Counted from the stretch's first letter, positions 9,852-17,248 are shown. The stretch is DNA of 64,000 bases from an uncultured Gammaproteobacteria bacterium (GCA_964525225.1 CAZGDX010000001.1:40654-104653), one strand, 5' to 3'. A program made the numbers and translations. Notes: a model not told the origin generated them from the letters alone.

Positions 9852-9924
9852 GGCCCGGTAGTTAAGTGGCAATAACGCCCGCCTTATAAGTGGGAAGACG
9901 GGGGTTCGAGTCCCTCCCGGGTCA
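9852..9924 (+). tRNA. tRNA with anticodon TAT (AUA-decoding tRNA-Ile2-type), canonical 73-nt cloverleaf
   Basis: Acceptor ggcccgg/ccgggtc, D-arm gtta-agtggcaa-taac, anticodon stem cccgc/gtggg, loop cttataa, T-arm ggggg-ttcgagt-ccctc. Confidence 0.75.
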
Positions 9925-9944
9925 CTAAAGGCAGAAATGTCTTT

Positions 9945-10022
9945 GCGCCGTTAGAGGCTTAATAGGTTAGAGCCGCTGCTTAAGCATAGCAGAGGATGCA
10001 GGTTCGAATCCTGCACGGCGCG
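9945..10022 (+). tRNA. non-canonical tRNA-like gene (78 nt)
   Basis: Perfect 7-bp acceptor gcgccgt/acggcgc, good T-arm gcagg-ttcgaat-cctgc and D-arm ggct-taataggttag-agcc. Two extra nt lie between acceptor and D-stem, and the anticodon loop reads taagcat (A at position 33; anticodon would be AGC). Confidence 0.45.
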
Positions 10023-10024
10023 CA

Positions 10025-10075
10025 GGGGGTCCGCGTTGTTACGTTAAGGATAAAGGGAATAACAACGCGGACCCC
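10025..10075 (+). other. perfect 15-bp-stem hairpin (ggggtccgcgttgtt / aacaacgcggacccc, 21-nt loop) between tRNA genes
   Basis: Seen directly; it starts 3 nt after the tRNA-like gene, and tRNA-Lys follows immediately downstream. Confidence 0.6.
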
Positions 10076-10082
10076 ATTTCTC

Positions 10083-10158
10083 GGGTTAGTAGCTCAGTTG
10101 GCAGAGCACCGGACTTTTAATTCGATGGTCGAGGGTTCGAGCCCCTCCTGACCCACCA
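10083..10158 (+). tRNA. tRNA-Lys (anticodon TTT), CCA encoded
   Basis: Acceptor gggttag/ctgaccc, D-arm gctc-agttggca-gagc, anticodon loop cttttaa, T-arm gaggg-ttcgagc-ccctc. Confidence 0.85.
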
Positions 10159-10163
10159 CACAC

Positions 10164-10202
10164 AGGGTCCAAATCGCTTTATGGCGAGGCGGACCCTTTT
10201 TC
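10164..10202 (+). terminator. Rho-independent terminator ending the tRNA operon
   Basis: agggtcc...ggaccct stem followed by TTTTT. Confidence 0.7.
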
Positions 10203-10377
10203 CTTATTAGTTTTTACGTAAATTTATTTTGTTTTCGTTTATTGTCTTGAAAAGCTGTAAATTGCGGCTTGTTTGGATAATTGGCGAAAATGGTTTTGCC
10301 AATTGGGTCGTTGAAAATTAACCCTCCATTTGGAAAATGGAGGCAAACAAAAAAGAAAAAAGAAGGAGGATGTTGAG

Positions 10378-12681
10378 ATGAGGCACGAGAACACGGATTT
10401 GAATAACGCGATTTGTTTGGGTGTTTTTGCCGCTGTCGCGACGATTGTTTTTTTCGTGATGTCCGGATGCATTCAGGAGGACCTGCGGCGGACTTGCGAC
10501 GATTCGGATTGTTGCGCCGAGGATTCCGATTGCGATGACGAGCTTGCGTGCACGACCGATTCTTGCGTGCGCGGAGAATGCATGTTTACTGCGGTTGACG
10601 AATTGTGTGCCGATGGCGAGGTTTGCAACCTTGCGAGCGGCTGCGTTACCGAAAATGAGTGCGACGATGACGGAGATTGTGAAGACGCCTTTGATTGTAC
10701 TGGTGATGACTGCATTGGTGGCGTCTGCATTCACGTGGCGGATTCCGACCTCTGCGAAGAGGACGAGGTTTGCAATGAGTCAAGCGGATGTGTCCGCGAG
10801 GCAGAGTGTGTTTTTGACCGCGACTGCGACGAGGAAGGCCCGGATTGCAATGCCGATCGGTGCGCGGACGGAACCTGCGAGCGCGAGCCCAGCGATGGGC
10901 TTTGCGCCGACGGCTATGTCTGTAACGCGAGCGGCATTTGTGTTTTGGGTCATGAAGACGAGTGTGACGACGACGAAGATTGCGAGGATGGTGTGGCTTG
11001 CACCGAAGACGATTGTAGCGTCGGCAGGTGCATTTTCCGTCCTATGGATAATCGCTGCGACTCGTTTGAAGAGTGCGATGTCGAGCTCGGATGCGTTTGG
11101 GAGAGTTGGGTGCAGTGCGAGGTGAGTGGCGAGTGCACGGACGGTGTGGGTTGCACACGCAATATGTGTATTGGCCATCTATGTGTGTTTGAGCCAATGG
11201 ATGAGTCCTGCGGCGAGAACGAGCGTTGCGACACAACGCTCGGATGCATTGCAATGCCGGAGTGCGATGACGATACGGATTGCGATGATGGACAAATTTG
11301 CACGACCGACACTTGCGACGATGGCGAGTGCGCCAATACTCCAGTGAATAGTCGATGCGATGACGGCAATTACTGTTCTGCTGATATCTGTTTGGCTTCT
11401 GGTGAGTGCGTTCATATGCCACTCGATAGCTACTGTGCCGCGGACGGCGAACATTGTTCGCTGGCTGCCGGCGGTTGCGTGGAGTGTACTTCCAACAGCC
11501 ACTGCGCGGATTTTGAGTTTTGCAACGCCGATTACGAGTGCGAGAGCGGATGTGGTTCGTGCGACGATGGTGTTTTTTGCACCAATGATATTTGCACAAT
11601 TTATGGTTGTACTCACACCGCGACAAACTCTCGATGCGGCAGTTCTTTGCCGTATTGCCACTCGACCCGCGGTTGCGTGGAATGCCTCACAGACGCTCAT
11701 TGCGCGAGCAATGAACACTGTGATGGTTATGTCTGCGTGGCAGACGCCGAGTGCGATGCTGATTCTGACTGCGACGATTCCATCGCCTGCACTACCAACG
11801 ATTGCGATACTGCCGGACGTTGTCTTTACACGCCGAACGACGCTTTTTGCGATGATGGCGTGTACTGCACAGTAGACGATTGTTCGCTTGCCGAGCGCGG
11901 TTGTACTCACACCGCGACAAACTCTCGATGCGGCAGTTCTTTGCCGTATTGCCACTCGACCCGCGGTTGCGTGGAATGCCTCACGGATTCTCACTGTGGG
12001 ACGGGCGAGTATTGCAGCAGTTATGTCTGCGTGGTCGATGCCGAGTGTGATTATGATGCCGATTGTTCTGACGGCGTGTACTGTACTGTGGACGACTGCG
12101 CGAGCGGTTTCTGCACGAACACGGCCGACAACACGCGTTGTTCCTATGGTTTGCTTTGCCATTTGACCGCTGGTTGCGTGGAGTGCAGGACAGACGCGGA
12201 TTGTAGTTCTTCCGAGAGCTGCGCCTCGGACCACACTTGTGTATCCGATATCTGCACTTACGATTCTGACTGTTCCGACGACATTGCCTGCACGGTGGAC
12301 GACTGCACGTCGGCTCACGATTGCACGCACACGGCGATGAATTCGCTGTGTCTGTCTGGACAGTATTGCGATCCTCTATACGGATGCCGCACGAGCACTG
12401 GTTCCGATCTGGACTACGATGGCATTCCGGACAGTTCCGATAACTGTCCGACAACGCCAAATCCCGGGCAGGCAGACATGGATTATGACCACATCGGCGA
12501 CGTGTGCGACTGTGATGTGGACGGCGACGGTTCTGTCGCGTTCATCTGTGGTGGCTGGGATTGTAACGACTACAATAACAGCGTGCATCCCGGCGCTTGG
12601 GAGGATTGCGACGACGGCATGGATAATGATTGTGATGACCTGATCGATGGTTACGATGCCGACTGCGGTTGCTGTTCCTGA
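10378..12681 (+). CDS. large secreted/lipoprotein-like Cys- and Asp-rich repeat protein with C-terminal thrombospondin type-3-like Ca-binding repeat and MopE-like (CxDxDxxxxPGAxExCDGxDNDCD) motif
   Basis: Start set at the ATG with AGGAGG at 7-nt spacing. Signal peptide ends in the lipobox-like VMSGC. About 10 repeats of the CxxDxDCxDxxxCTxDxCxxGxC...CxDGxxC pattern. C-terminus: DYDGIPDSSDNCPTTPNPGQADMDYDHIGDVCDCDVDGDG, then CNDYNNSVHPGAWEDCDDGMDNDCDD. GC about 55%. Confidence 0.8.
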   Translation: MRHENTDLNNAICLGVFAAVATIVFFVMSGCIQEDLRRTCDDSDCCAEDSDCDDELACTTDSCVRGECMFTAVDELCADGEVCNLASGCVTENECDDDGDCEDAFDCTGDDCIGGVCIHVADSDLCEEDEVCNESSGCVREAECVFDRDCDEEGPDCNADRCADGTCEREPSDGLCADGYVCNASGICVLGHEDECDDDEDCEDGVACTEDDCSVGRCIFRPMDNRCDSFEECDVELGCVWESWVQCEVSGECTDGVGCTRNMCIGHLCVFEPMDESCGENERCDTTLGCIAMPECDDDTDCDDGQICTTDTCDDGECANTPVNSRCDDGNYCSADICLASGECVHMPLDSYCAADGEHCSLAAGGCVECTSNSHCADFEFCNADYECESGCGSCDDGVFCTNDICTIYGCTHTATNSRCGSSLPYCHSTRGCVECLTDAHCASNEHCDGYVCVADAECDADSDCDDSIACTTNDCDTAGRCLYTPNDAFCDDGVYCTVDDCSLAERGCTHTATNSRCGSSLPYCHSTRGCVECLTDSHCGTGEYCSSYVCVVDAECDYDADCSDGVYCTVDDCASGFCTNTADNTRCSYGLLCHLTAGCVECRTDADCSSSESCASDHTCVSDICTYDSDCSDDIACTVDDCTSAHDCTHTAMNSLCLSGQYCDPLYGCRTSTGSDLDYDGIPDSSDNCPTTPNPGQADMDYDHIGDVCDCDVDGDGSVAFICGGWDCNDYNNSVHPGAWEDCDDGMDNDCDDLIDGYDADCGCCS

Positions 12682-12718
12682 TGTCAACCACACCTTGAAA
12701 GGAGGTGAATAGTTCTTT

Positions 12719-12752
12719 GAGGGTTTCCTAATATAGGAAGCCCTCTTTTTTA
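12719..12752 (+). terminator. Rho-independent terminator after the Cys-rich gene
   Basis: gagggtttccta...taggaagccctc stem followed by TTTTTT. Confidence 0.7.
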
Positions 12753-12760
12753 TCTCCGTA

Positions 12761-12831
12761 TGTCATCCTCGGGGCAGCGAAGCGGATCCCTGGGATCCAC
12801 GTGGATTCCCCGAACAAGTCGGGGAATGACA
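12761..12831. repeat. GTCATCC hairpin element, copy A (about 71 bp, imperfect terminal inverted repeats tgtcatcc.../...ggaatgaca)
   Basis: Shares tgtcatcct.ggggc.gcg.agcggatcc.tgggatccacgtggatt with copy B at 20584 and the opening hairpin with copies at 53593 and 59846. Confidence 0.6.
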
Positions 12832-12993
12832 GAATGGTTTAGGGCGAGGTAATCCTTTATCTCTTTGTTCCTCTTGACATCTTTTTATTTTTTTGTTAAG
12901 ATAATGTGACATCTTTAAAAAACGCCCGAAAATAAAAAAACGGGCAAAAAACCGTCCTACGCTAAAAAGCTGCGGACGGCAAAGGAGGACAAA

Positions 12994-13671
12994 ATGGCAG
13001 GAAGAAGCGCGCTCGTGGCTCTATGTGTTCTTTTCGTTTTTGGTACCATGGGTTCCAGTTGCGCGGTTCAGCCGCCACCGGAGCCGGTGGAGTGCTATTC
13101 GGACAGCGATTGTTATGACGGCGTGAATTGCACTGATGATTATTGCTTCCGCAATTTTTGTGAGAATTACGAGAATGATGAAAATTGTCCGGTAAACGAG
13201 TGGTGCGATATGCGCCGCGGATGTATCAGCAACGATGTCCCGCCCCCTGTTGATTGCCATAGCGATATCGATTGTTTTGATGGAGTTTATTGCACCTGGG
13301 ACCTGTGCGAACAGGGCGAATGCGGAAATTACGACAGCGGAATTTGCGGAGTCGGGTACTATTGCGATTCGCTTTTGGATTGCCAGCCGATCGTCACGGT
13401 TTACGACTCTGATGGTGATGGTATTGAGGATTCTATAGACAACTGTTGGGAATTTTATAACCCGTGGCAGGAAGATATGGATTGGGACGGTTGGGGTGAC
13501 GCTTGCGATTGCGACGCGGATGGCGATTGGTACGACGACGCTGTTTGGTGTGGCGGATTGGATTGCAACGATTACGATTTGTATGTCAACCCCAGCGCTG
13601 TTGAGTGGTGTAACGATTGGATTGACAATGACTGTGATGGGTATATTGATTATTACGATTACTGCTGGTAA
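12994..13671 (+). CDS. smaller secreted paralog of the Cys-rich repeat protein (same repeat type, TSP3-like and MopE-like C-terminal motifs)
   Basis: Signal peptide with a GSSC lipobox-like site. Carries DSDGDGIEDSIDNCWEFYNPWQEDMDWDGWGDACDCDADGD, then CNDYDLYVNPSAVEWCNDWIDNDCDG. Confidence 0.75.
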   Translation: MAGRSALVALCVLFVFGTMGSSCAVQPPPEPVECYSDSDCYDGVNCTDDYCFRNFCENYENDENCPVNEWCDMRRGCISNDVPPPVDCHSDIDCFDGVYCTWDLCEQGECGNYDSGICGVGYYCDSLLDCQPIVTVYDSDGDGIEDSIDNCWEFYNPWQEDMDWDGWGDACDCDADGDWYDDAVWCGGLDCNDYDLYVNPSAVEWCNDWIDNDCDGYIDYYDYCW

Positions 13672-13680
13672 CAGTTTTTA

Positions 13681-13712
13681 TGCCCTTGGCAAATATGCCA
13701 AGGGTTTTTTAT
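13681..13712 (+). terminator. Rho-independent terminator (gcccttggc aaatat gccaaggg + T-run)
   Basis: Hairpin plus TTTTTT immediately after the stop. Confidence 0.7.
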
Positions 13713-13793
13713 TTTATCTCTTTATTATTTTATAAAGAAAAAGATAAAATAACCCTGCTCTAAACTGTTGTAATTACAACTAATTTTAATTTA

Positions 13794-13867
13794 GCGGAAG
13801 CCGAAGGCGTTTCCGAGAGACATACCCGAAAAATTATTAAATCGGCTTCGGGTTTAGGGTGGGGTAG
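13794..13867 (+). repeat. conserved ~75-nt element (GGAAGCCGAAGGCGTTTCCGAG...CTTCGGG.TTTAGG.GGGGT), copy 1, upstream of apt
   Basis: Near-identical 5' 22-mer and a conserved 3' G-rich tail shared with the copy at 61373-61447. Confidence 0.55.
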
Positions 13868-13934
13868 TCCTTTATTAATCTTCTTGATTTTATAGCTAAT
13901 AGTTGATAAGCTTTAAGCATAAATTATCTTTCGT

Positions 13935-14456
13935 ATGGATTTAAGACATCACATCCGCGAAGTTCCGGATTGGCCGAAATTAGGTATCCGTTTTTACGAC
14001 ATAACCACGCTTCTGGAAAATCCCGAAGCGTTGAAATATGCGATAGATAAATTAGCCGAGCCATTCCAAAATCAGAAAATAGATAAAGTTGTCGGCATTG
14101 ACGCGCGCGGTTTTTTGCTCGCATCCGCGGTTGCGTACATTTTGGGTTCAGGCGTTTCACTTGTCAGGAAAAAAGGAAAATTGCCGTATAAAACAATCTC
14201 CCGCGATTATACTTTGGAATACGCGTCAAACACCGTGGAAATGCACGAAGACACTATTAAACAGGGAGAAAGGGTGATTTTAATAGATGATTTAATTGCC
14301 ACAGGAGGCACCGCTTGCGCCGCGGTTGAGCTTATAGAACAAATGGGCGGACAAATTGTCGGAGTTGGATTTTTGGTGGATTTACCGTTTTTGGGAGGAA
14401 TAGAGCGATTATCAAAGTACAGTCCGTTTTCATTGGTAAAGTATCAAAACGAGTAA
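13935..14456 (+). CDS. apt: adenine phosphoribosyltransferase
   Basis: VILIDDLIATGGT PRPP-binding motif; 173 aa. Confidence 0.9.
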   Translation: MDLRHHIREVPDWPKLGIRFYDITTLLENPEALKYAIDKLAEPFQNQKIDKVVGIDARGFLLASAVAYILGSGVSLVRKKGKLPYKTISRDYTLEYASNTVEMHEDTIKQGERVILIDDLIATGGTACAAVELIEQMGGQIVGVGFLVDLPFLGGIERLSKYSPFSLVKYQNE

Positions 14457-14542
14457 GGAACAAAACTCCCACTAATCCATACCACTAATCCGCACTAATT
14501 ATTCGTGAGTATTGGTGGCAGAAATTAGTGGAAGTCTAGTAC
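14457..14542. repeat. 85-bp palindromic intergenic element, copy 1 (between apt and mtnP)
   Basis: Ends aacaaaactcccactaat / attagtggaagtctagtac with a cgcactaattattcgtg core; four further copies in the window. Confidence 0.7.
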
Positions 14543-14556
14543 ATAATTTATAGACT

Positions 14557-15345
14557 ATGATTGGTATTTTTGGCGGCTCGGGATTTTACGAGCTTTTGGA
14601 AAAATCTTCAGAAGTGGAAATAAAAACTCCGTACGGATTTCCGTCGGATAAAATTACGATTGGCGAGTATGCCGGAAAACGCGTGGCTTTTCTGCCAAGG
14701 CACGGAAAAAATCACAGGTTTGCTCCGCACACAATTCCTTACCGTGCGAACATCTGGGCAATGAAAGAACTTGGGGCGACAAAAATTTTCGGGCCATGCG
14801 CCGCCGGAGGACTTCAGGAAGAAGTGAGACCGGGCGACTTCGTCATCTGCGACAGTTTTGTTGACAGAACCCGCGGTAGGCAGGATACTTTTTTTGAATT
14901 TGACGATGTAAGACATATTTCATCAGCCAAGCCGTATTGTCCGGAACTGCGGAAAATCGCTTTGGAAACTGCCGGAGAGCTTGGAATCGTCGCGCACAAT
15001 GGCGGAACGGTTGTAATAATAAACGGCCCGCGATTTTCATCCGTTGCCGAAAGCAGGTGGTTTTCTTCGGCCGGATTTTCGGTAATAAATATGACAGGAT
15101 ATCCGGAAGTGATTTTGGCAAACGAACTTGGAATTTGTTATGTGAATATTTCTTTGATTACCGACTACGATTGCGGTCTTGAAGGACAAGGAAGCATTAG
15201 GGCGTCAGATGTAAATGAAATTTTTGCCACTTTCAAAAGCAATAACGAGCGGATTAAAAAAATGATTTTCAAAATGATAGAAAAAACAGAAGACAAGCCG
15301 TGCCTTCGTTGCGTAAGAAAAGCCGAAGCGGCCAAGCTTAAGTAA
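14557..15345 (+). CDS. mtnP: S-methyl-5'-thioadenosine phosphorylase (PNP family)
   Basis: Strong similarity across the whole length to MTAP (IGIFGGSG..., ARHGR.H..P..V.YRANIWA, GPRFSS.AES, INMT..PE). Confidence 0.85.
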   Translation: MIGIFGGSGFYELLEKSSEVEIKTPYGFPSDKITIGEYAGKRVAFLPRHGKNHRFAPHTIPYRANIWAMKELGATKIFGPCAAGGLQEEVRPGDFVICDSFVDRTRGRQDTFFEFDDVRHISSAKPYCPELRKIALETAGELGIVAHNGGTVVIINGPRFSSVAESRWFSSAGFSVINMTGYPEVILANELGICYVNISLITDYDCGLEGQGSIRASDVNEIFATFKSNNERIKKMIFKMIEKTEDKPCLRCVRKAEAAKLK

Positions 15346-15479
15346 AAATCCGAATTTTAAATTATAAATTTTAAATCAAATCCGAATTTTCAAGTTTAAA
15401 TTTTAAAACAGACGGCGAAATAATTTTTTAATTTTAGTCTTCATGTTTTAATCTTGAATTAAAATTGAAAAATTGATAA

Positions 15480-16742
15480 TTGAAAATTTCATCTATGTTA
15501 TATTCACAAATATTTCCAAAGACACAAAAGACCGCGCCGGCAGATGAAGAATCAAAAAATGCAAAATTTTTGGTTCGCGCCGGATTCACGGATAAATTGA
15601 TGGCCGGAGTTTATTCCTGGCTTCCTTTGGGATTGCGCGTGCGCGTCAAAGTGGAAGAGATAATCCGCGAAGAAATGAACGCCCTCGGCGCCAACGAAAT
15701 TTTGATGCCGGCATTGCAACCGAAAGAGAATTGGGACGCGACTAAACGTTGGGATTCTATGGATGTGCTTTTTAAAATTAAAAGCCAGACCGGAAAAGAA
15801 GTGGCGCTCGGGCCCACGCATGAAGAAATTGTTACTCCACTTGTCGGAAAATTCATCAAATCCTATAAAGATTTGCCGTTCGCGCTTTATCAGATACAAA
15901 ATAAATTCCGCGATGAATTGCGCGCCAAAAGCGGATTGCTTCGTGGCAGGGAATTTGGAATGAAGGACTTATACAGCTTTCACGCGGATGAAAAGTGTCT
16001 GGAAAAATATTATGAAAAAGTCGCCAAAGTTTATGTAAAACTTTTCGGCCGGATGGGATTGAAGGCGGTGCGCGTGCGCGCCACCGGCGGCGCTTTTTCA
16101 AAATTCTCCGATGAATTCCAGGTGCTCACCCCGAACGGCGAAGATACAATTTATTGGTGCCCGAAATGCAAAGTTTATTACAATCAAGAGCTTGTGAAAA
16201 ATAATAAATGTCCGGAGGGGCATATGTTGGAAAAATCGGAAAAGGCGGTTGAAGTCGGAAATATTTTTAAACTCGGCACGCGCTTTTCCGATTCTTTCGG
16301 TTTAAGCTTCTTGGACAAAGCCGGAAAAAAACAGCCGGTAATAATGGGATGTTATGGTCTTGGTCCGACCCGCGTTATCGGCGCTATCGCCGAACTTAAA
16401 AGCGATGACCGCGGTCTTATCTGGCCGAAATCAGTCGCACCATACGCGGTGCATCTTTTGGGATTGAATCTGAATGATAAAAAGATTAAAAAGGTTGCGG
16501 AAGATTTATATGAAAAGCTGGAAAAGCTTGGAGTTGAAGTTTTATACGATGACCGTGTGGAATCATCTGCCGGAGAAAAATTCGCCGACGCGGATTTAAT
16601 CGGCATCCCATTACGTCTTGTCATCTCTTCCCGAAGCATGGAGCATAAATCCGTAGAGTGGAAGATGCGAAATGAGCAGAAGGCGAAGCAGGTTAAGATC
16701 GCCAGCATTGTAAATGAAGTTAAGAGGTGGGCTAATAAATAA
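15480..16742 (+). CDS. proS: prolyl-tRNA synthetase, short form lacking the insertion/editing domain
   Basis: Class II aaRS motifs and C-terminal anticodon-binding domain. 420 aa, which is too short for an INS editing domain. Confidence 0.88.
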   Translation: MKISSMLYSQIFPKTQKTAPADEESKNAKFLVRAGFTDKLMAGVYSWLPLGLRVRVKVEEIIREEMNALGANEILMPALQPKENWDATKRWDSMDVLFKIKSQTGKEVALGPTHEEIVTPLVGKFIKSYKDLPFALYQIQNKFRDELRAKSGLLRGREFGMKDLYSFHADEKCLEKYYEKVAKVYVKLFGRMGLKAVRVRATGGAFSKFSDEFQVLTPNGEDTIYWCPKCKVYYNQELVKNNKCPEGHMLEKSEKAVEVGNIFKLGTRFSDSFGLSFLDKAGKKQPVIMGCYGLGPTRVIGAIAELKSDDRGLIWPKSVAPYAVHLLGLNLNDKKIKKVAEDLYEKLEKLGVEVLYDDRVESSAGEKFADADLIGIPLRLVISSRSMEHKSVEWKMRNEQKAKQVKIASIVNEVKRWANK

Positions 16743-16923
16743 AACATCAATTTACTTCTGTTGGCGCGAAGTCCCTCACTTGCGTGCTAGTGAGGGAGGG
16801 TGGAGTGGAAGGAGAGAGATAAAAAAGAGGGGAAGATTGTGAAGATGGGAAGCGTCATTAAAGAAGTTAAAAAGTTCGTATCGCATTAGATAATAAAAAG
16901 ACCCCGTGCGGGGTCTTTTTAAA

Positions 16924-17208
16924 TTATCTCTTATTTTTCAATACATCTTTAAGTTTCTTTCCTGTCTTGAATTTTGCCACTATAACCGATGGCATTTCAA
17001 TCTTTTGCGCGGTGTTCCGCGGGTTTACGCCGACCCGTCCTTTGCGGGCGCGGGCGCTGAATGTGCCGAATCCGGTGAGCGATACTTCGCCGCCGTTTTT
17101 TAACGTGGAGATGATTGTATCGGTAATCGCGTCAATTATCTCATCGGCTTTTGACTTTTGGACATTGCATTTTTCCGCAATGGCGTGGGCAAGTTGTGCC
17201 TTATTCAT
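16924..17208 (-). CDS. hup: DNA-binding protein HU
   Basis: MNKAQLAHAIAEK...GFGTFSARARKGRVGVNPRNTAQKIEMP HU signature; 94 aa. Terminator hairpin at 16896-16922. Confidence 0.9.
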   Translation of the reverse strand: MNKAQLAHAIAEKCNVQKSKADEIIDAITDTIISTLKNGGEVSLTGFGTFSARARKGRVGVNPRNTAQKIEMPSVIVAKFKTGKKLKDVLKNKR

Positions 17209-17248
17209 AAAACCTCAGATTTACGGGCACAGATAACACAGATATTAT

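Noticed and set aside
11179-12330. 383-aa minus-strand ORF (and several other 80-200-aa ORFs on both strands, 10473-12693) overlapping the Cys-rich gene
   Set aside because: These are antisense or alternate-frame open frames created by the GC-rich, repeat-rich coding sequence. They have no RBS or start context, and their Arg/Ala/Thr-rich composition is typical of out-of-frame GC-rich DNA. The plus-strand frame has the signal peptide, the RBS and the coherent repeat structure.
13794-13867. Tested the 75-nt GGAAGCCGAAGG element against remembered consensus of SRP RNA, tmRNA, 6S RNA, purine, ZTP, fluoride, c-di-GMP and guanidine riboswitches
   Set aside because: No convincing match to any of these from memory, so it is left as an unclassified conserved element. 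A covariance-model search is needed.
16808-16895. Purine-rich stretch (GGAGGGTGGAGTGGAAGGAGAGAGATAAAAAAGAGGGGAAG) with a possible 14-codon micro-ORF after proS
   Set aside because: There is no conservation or structural evidence. It is most likely a spacer between the proS terminator hairpin (16781-16807) and the hup terminator; noted only as a curiosity.
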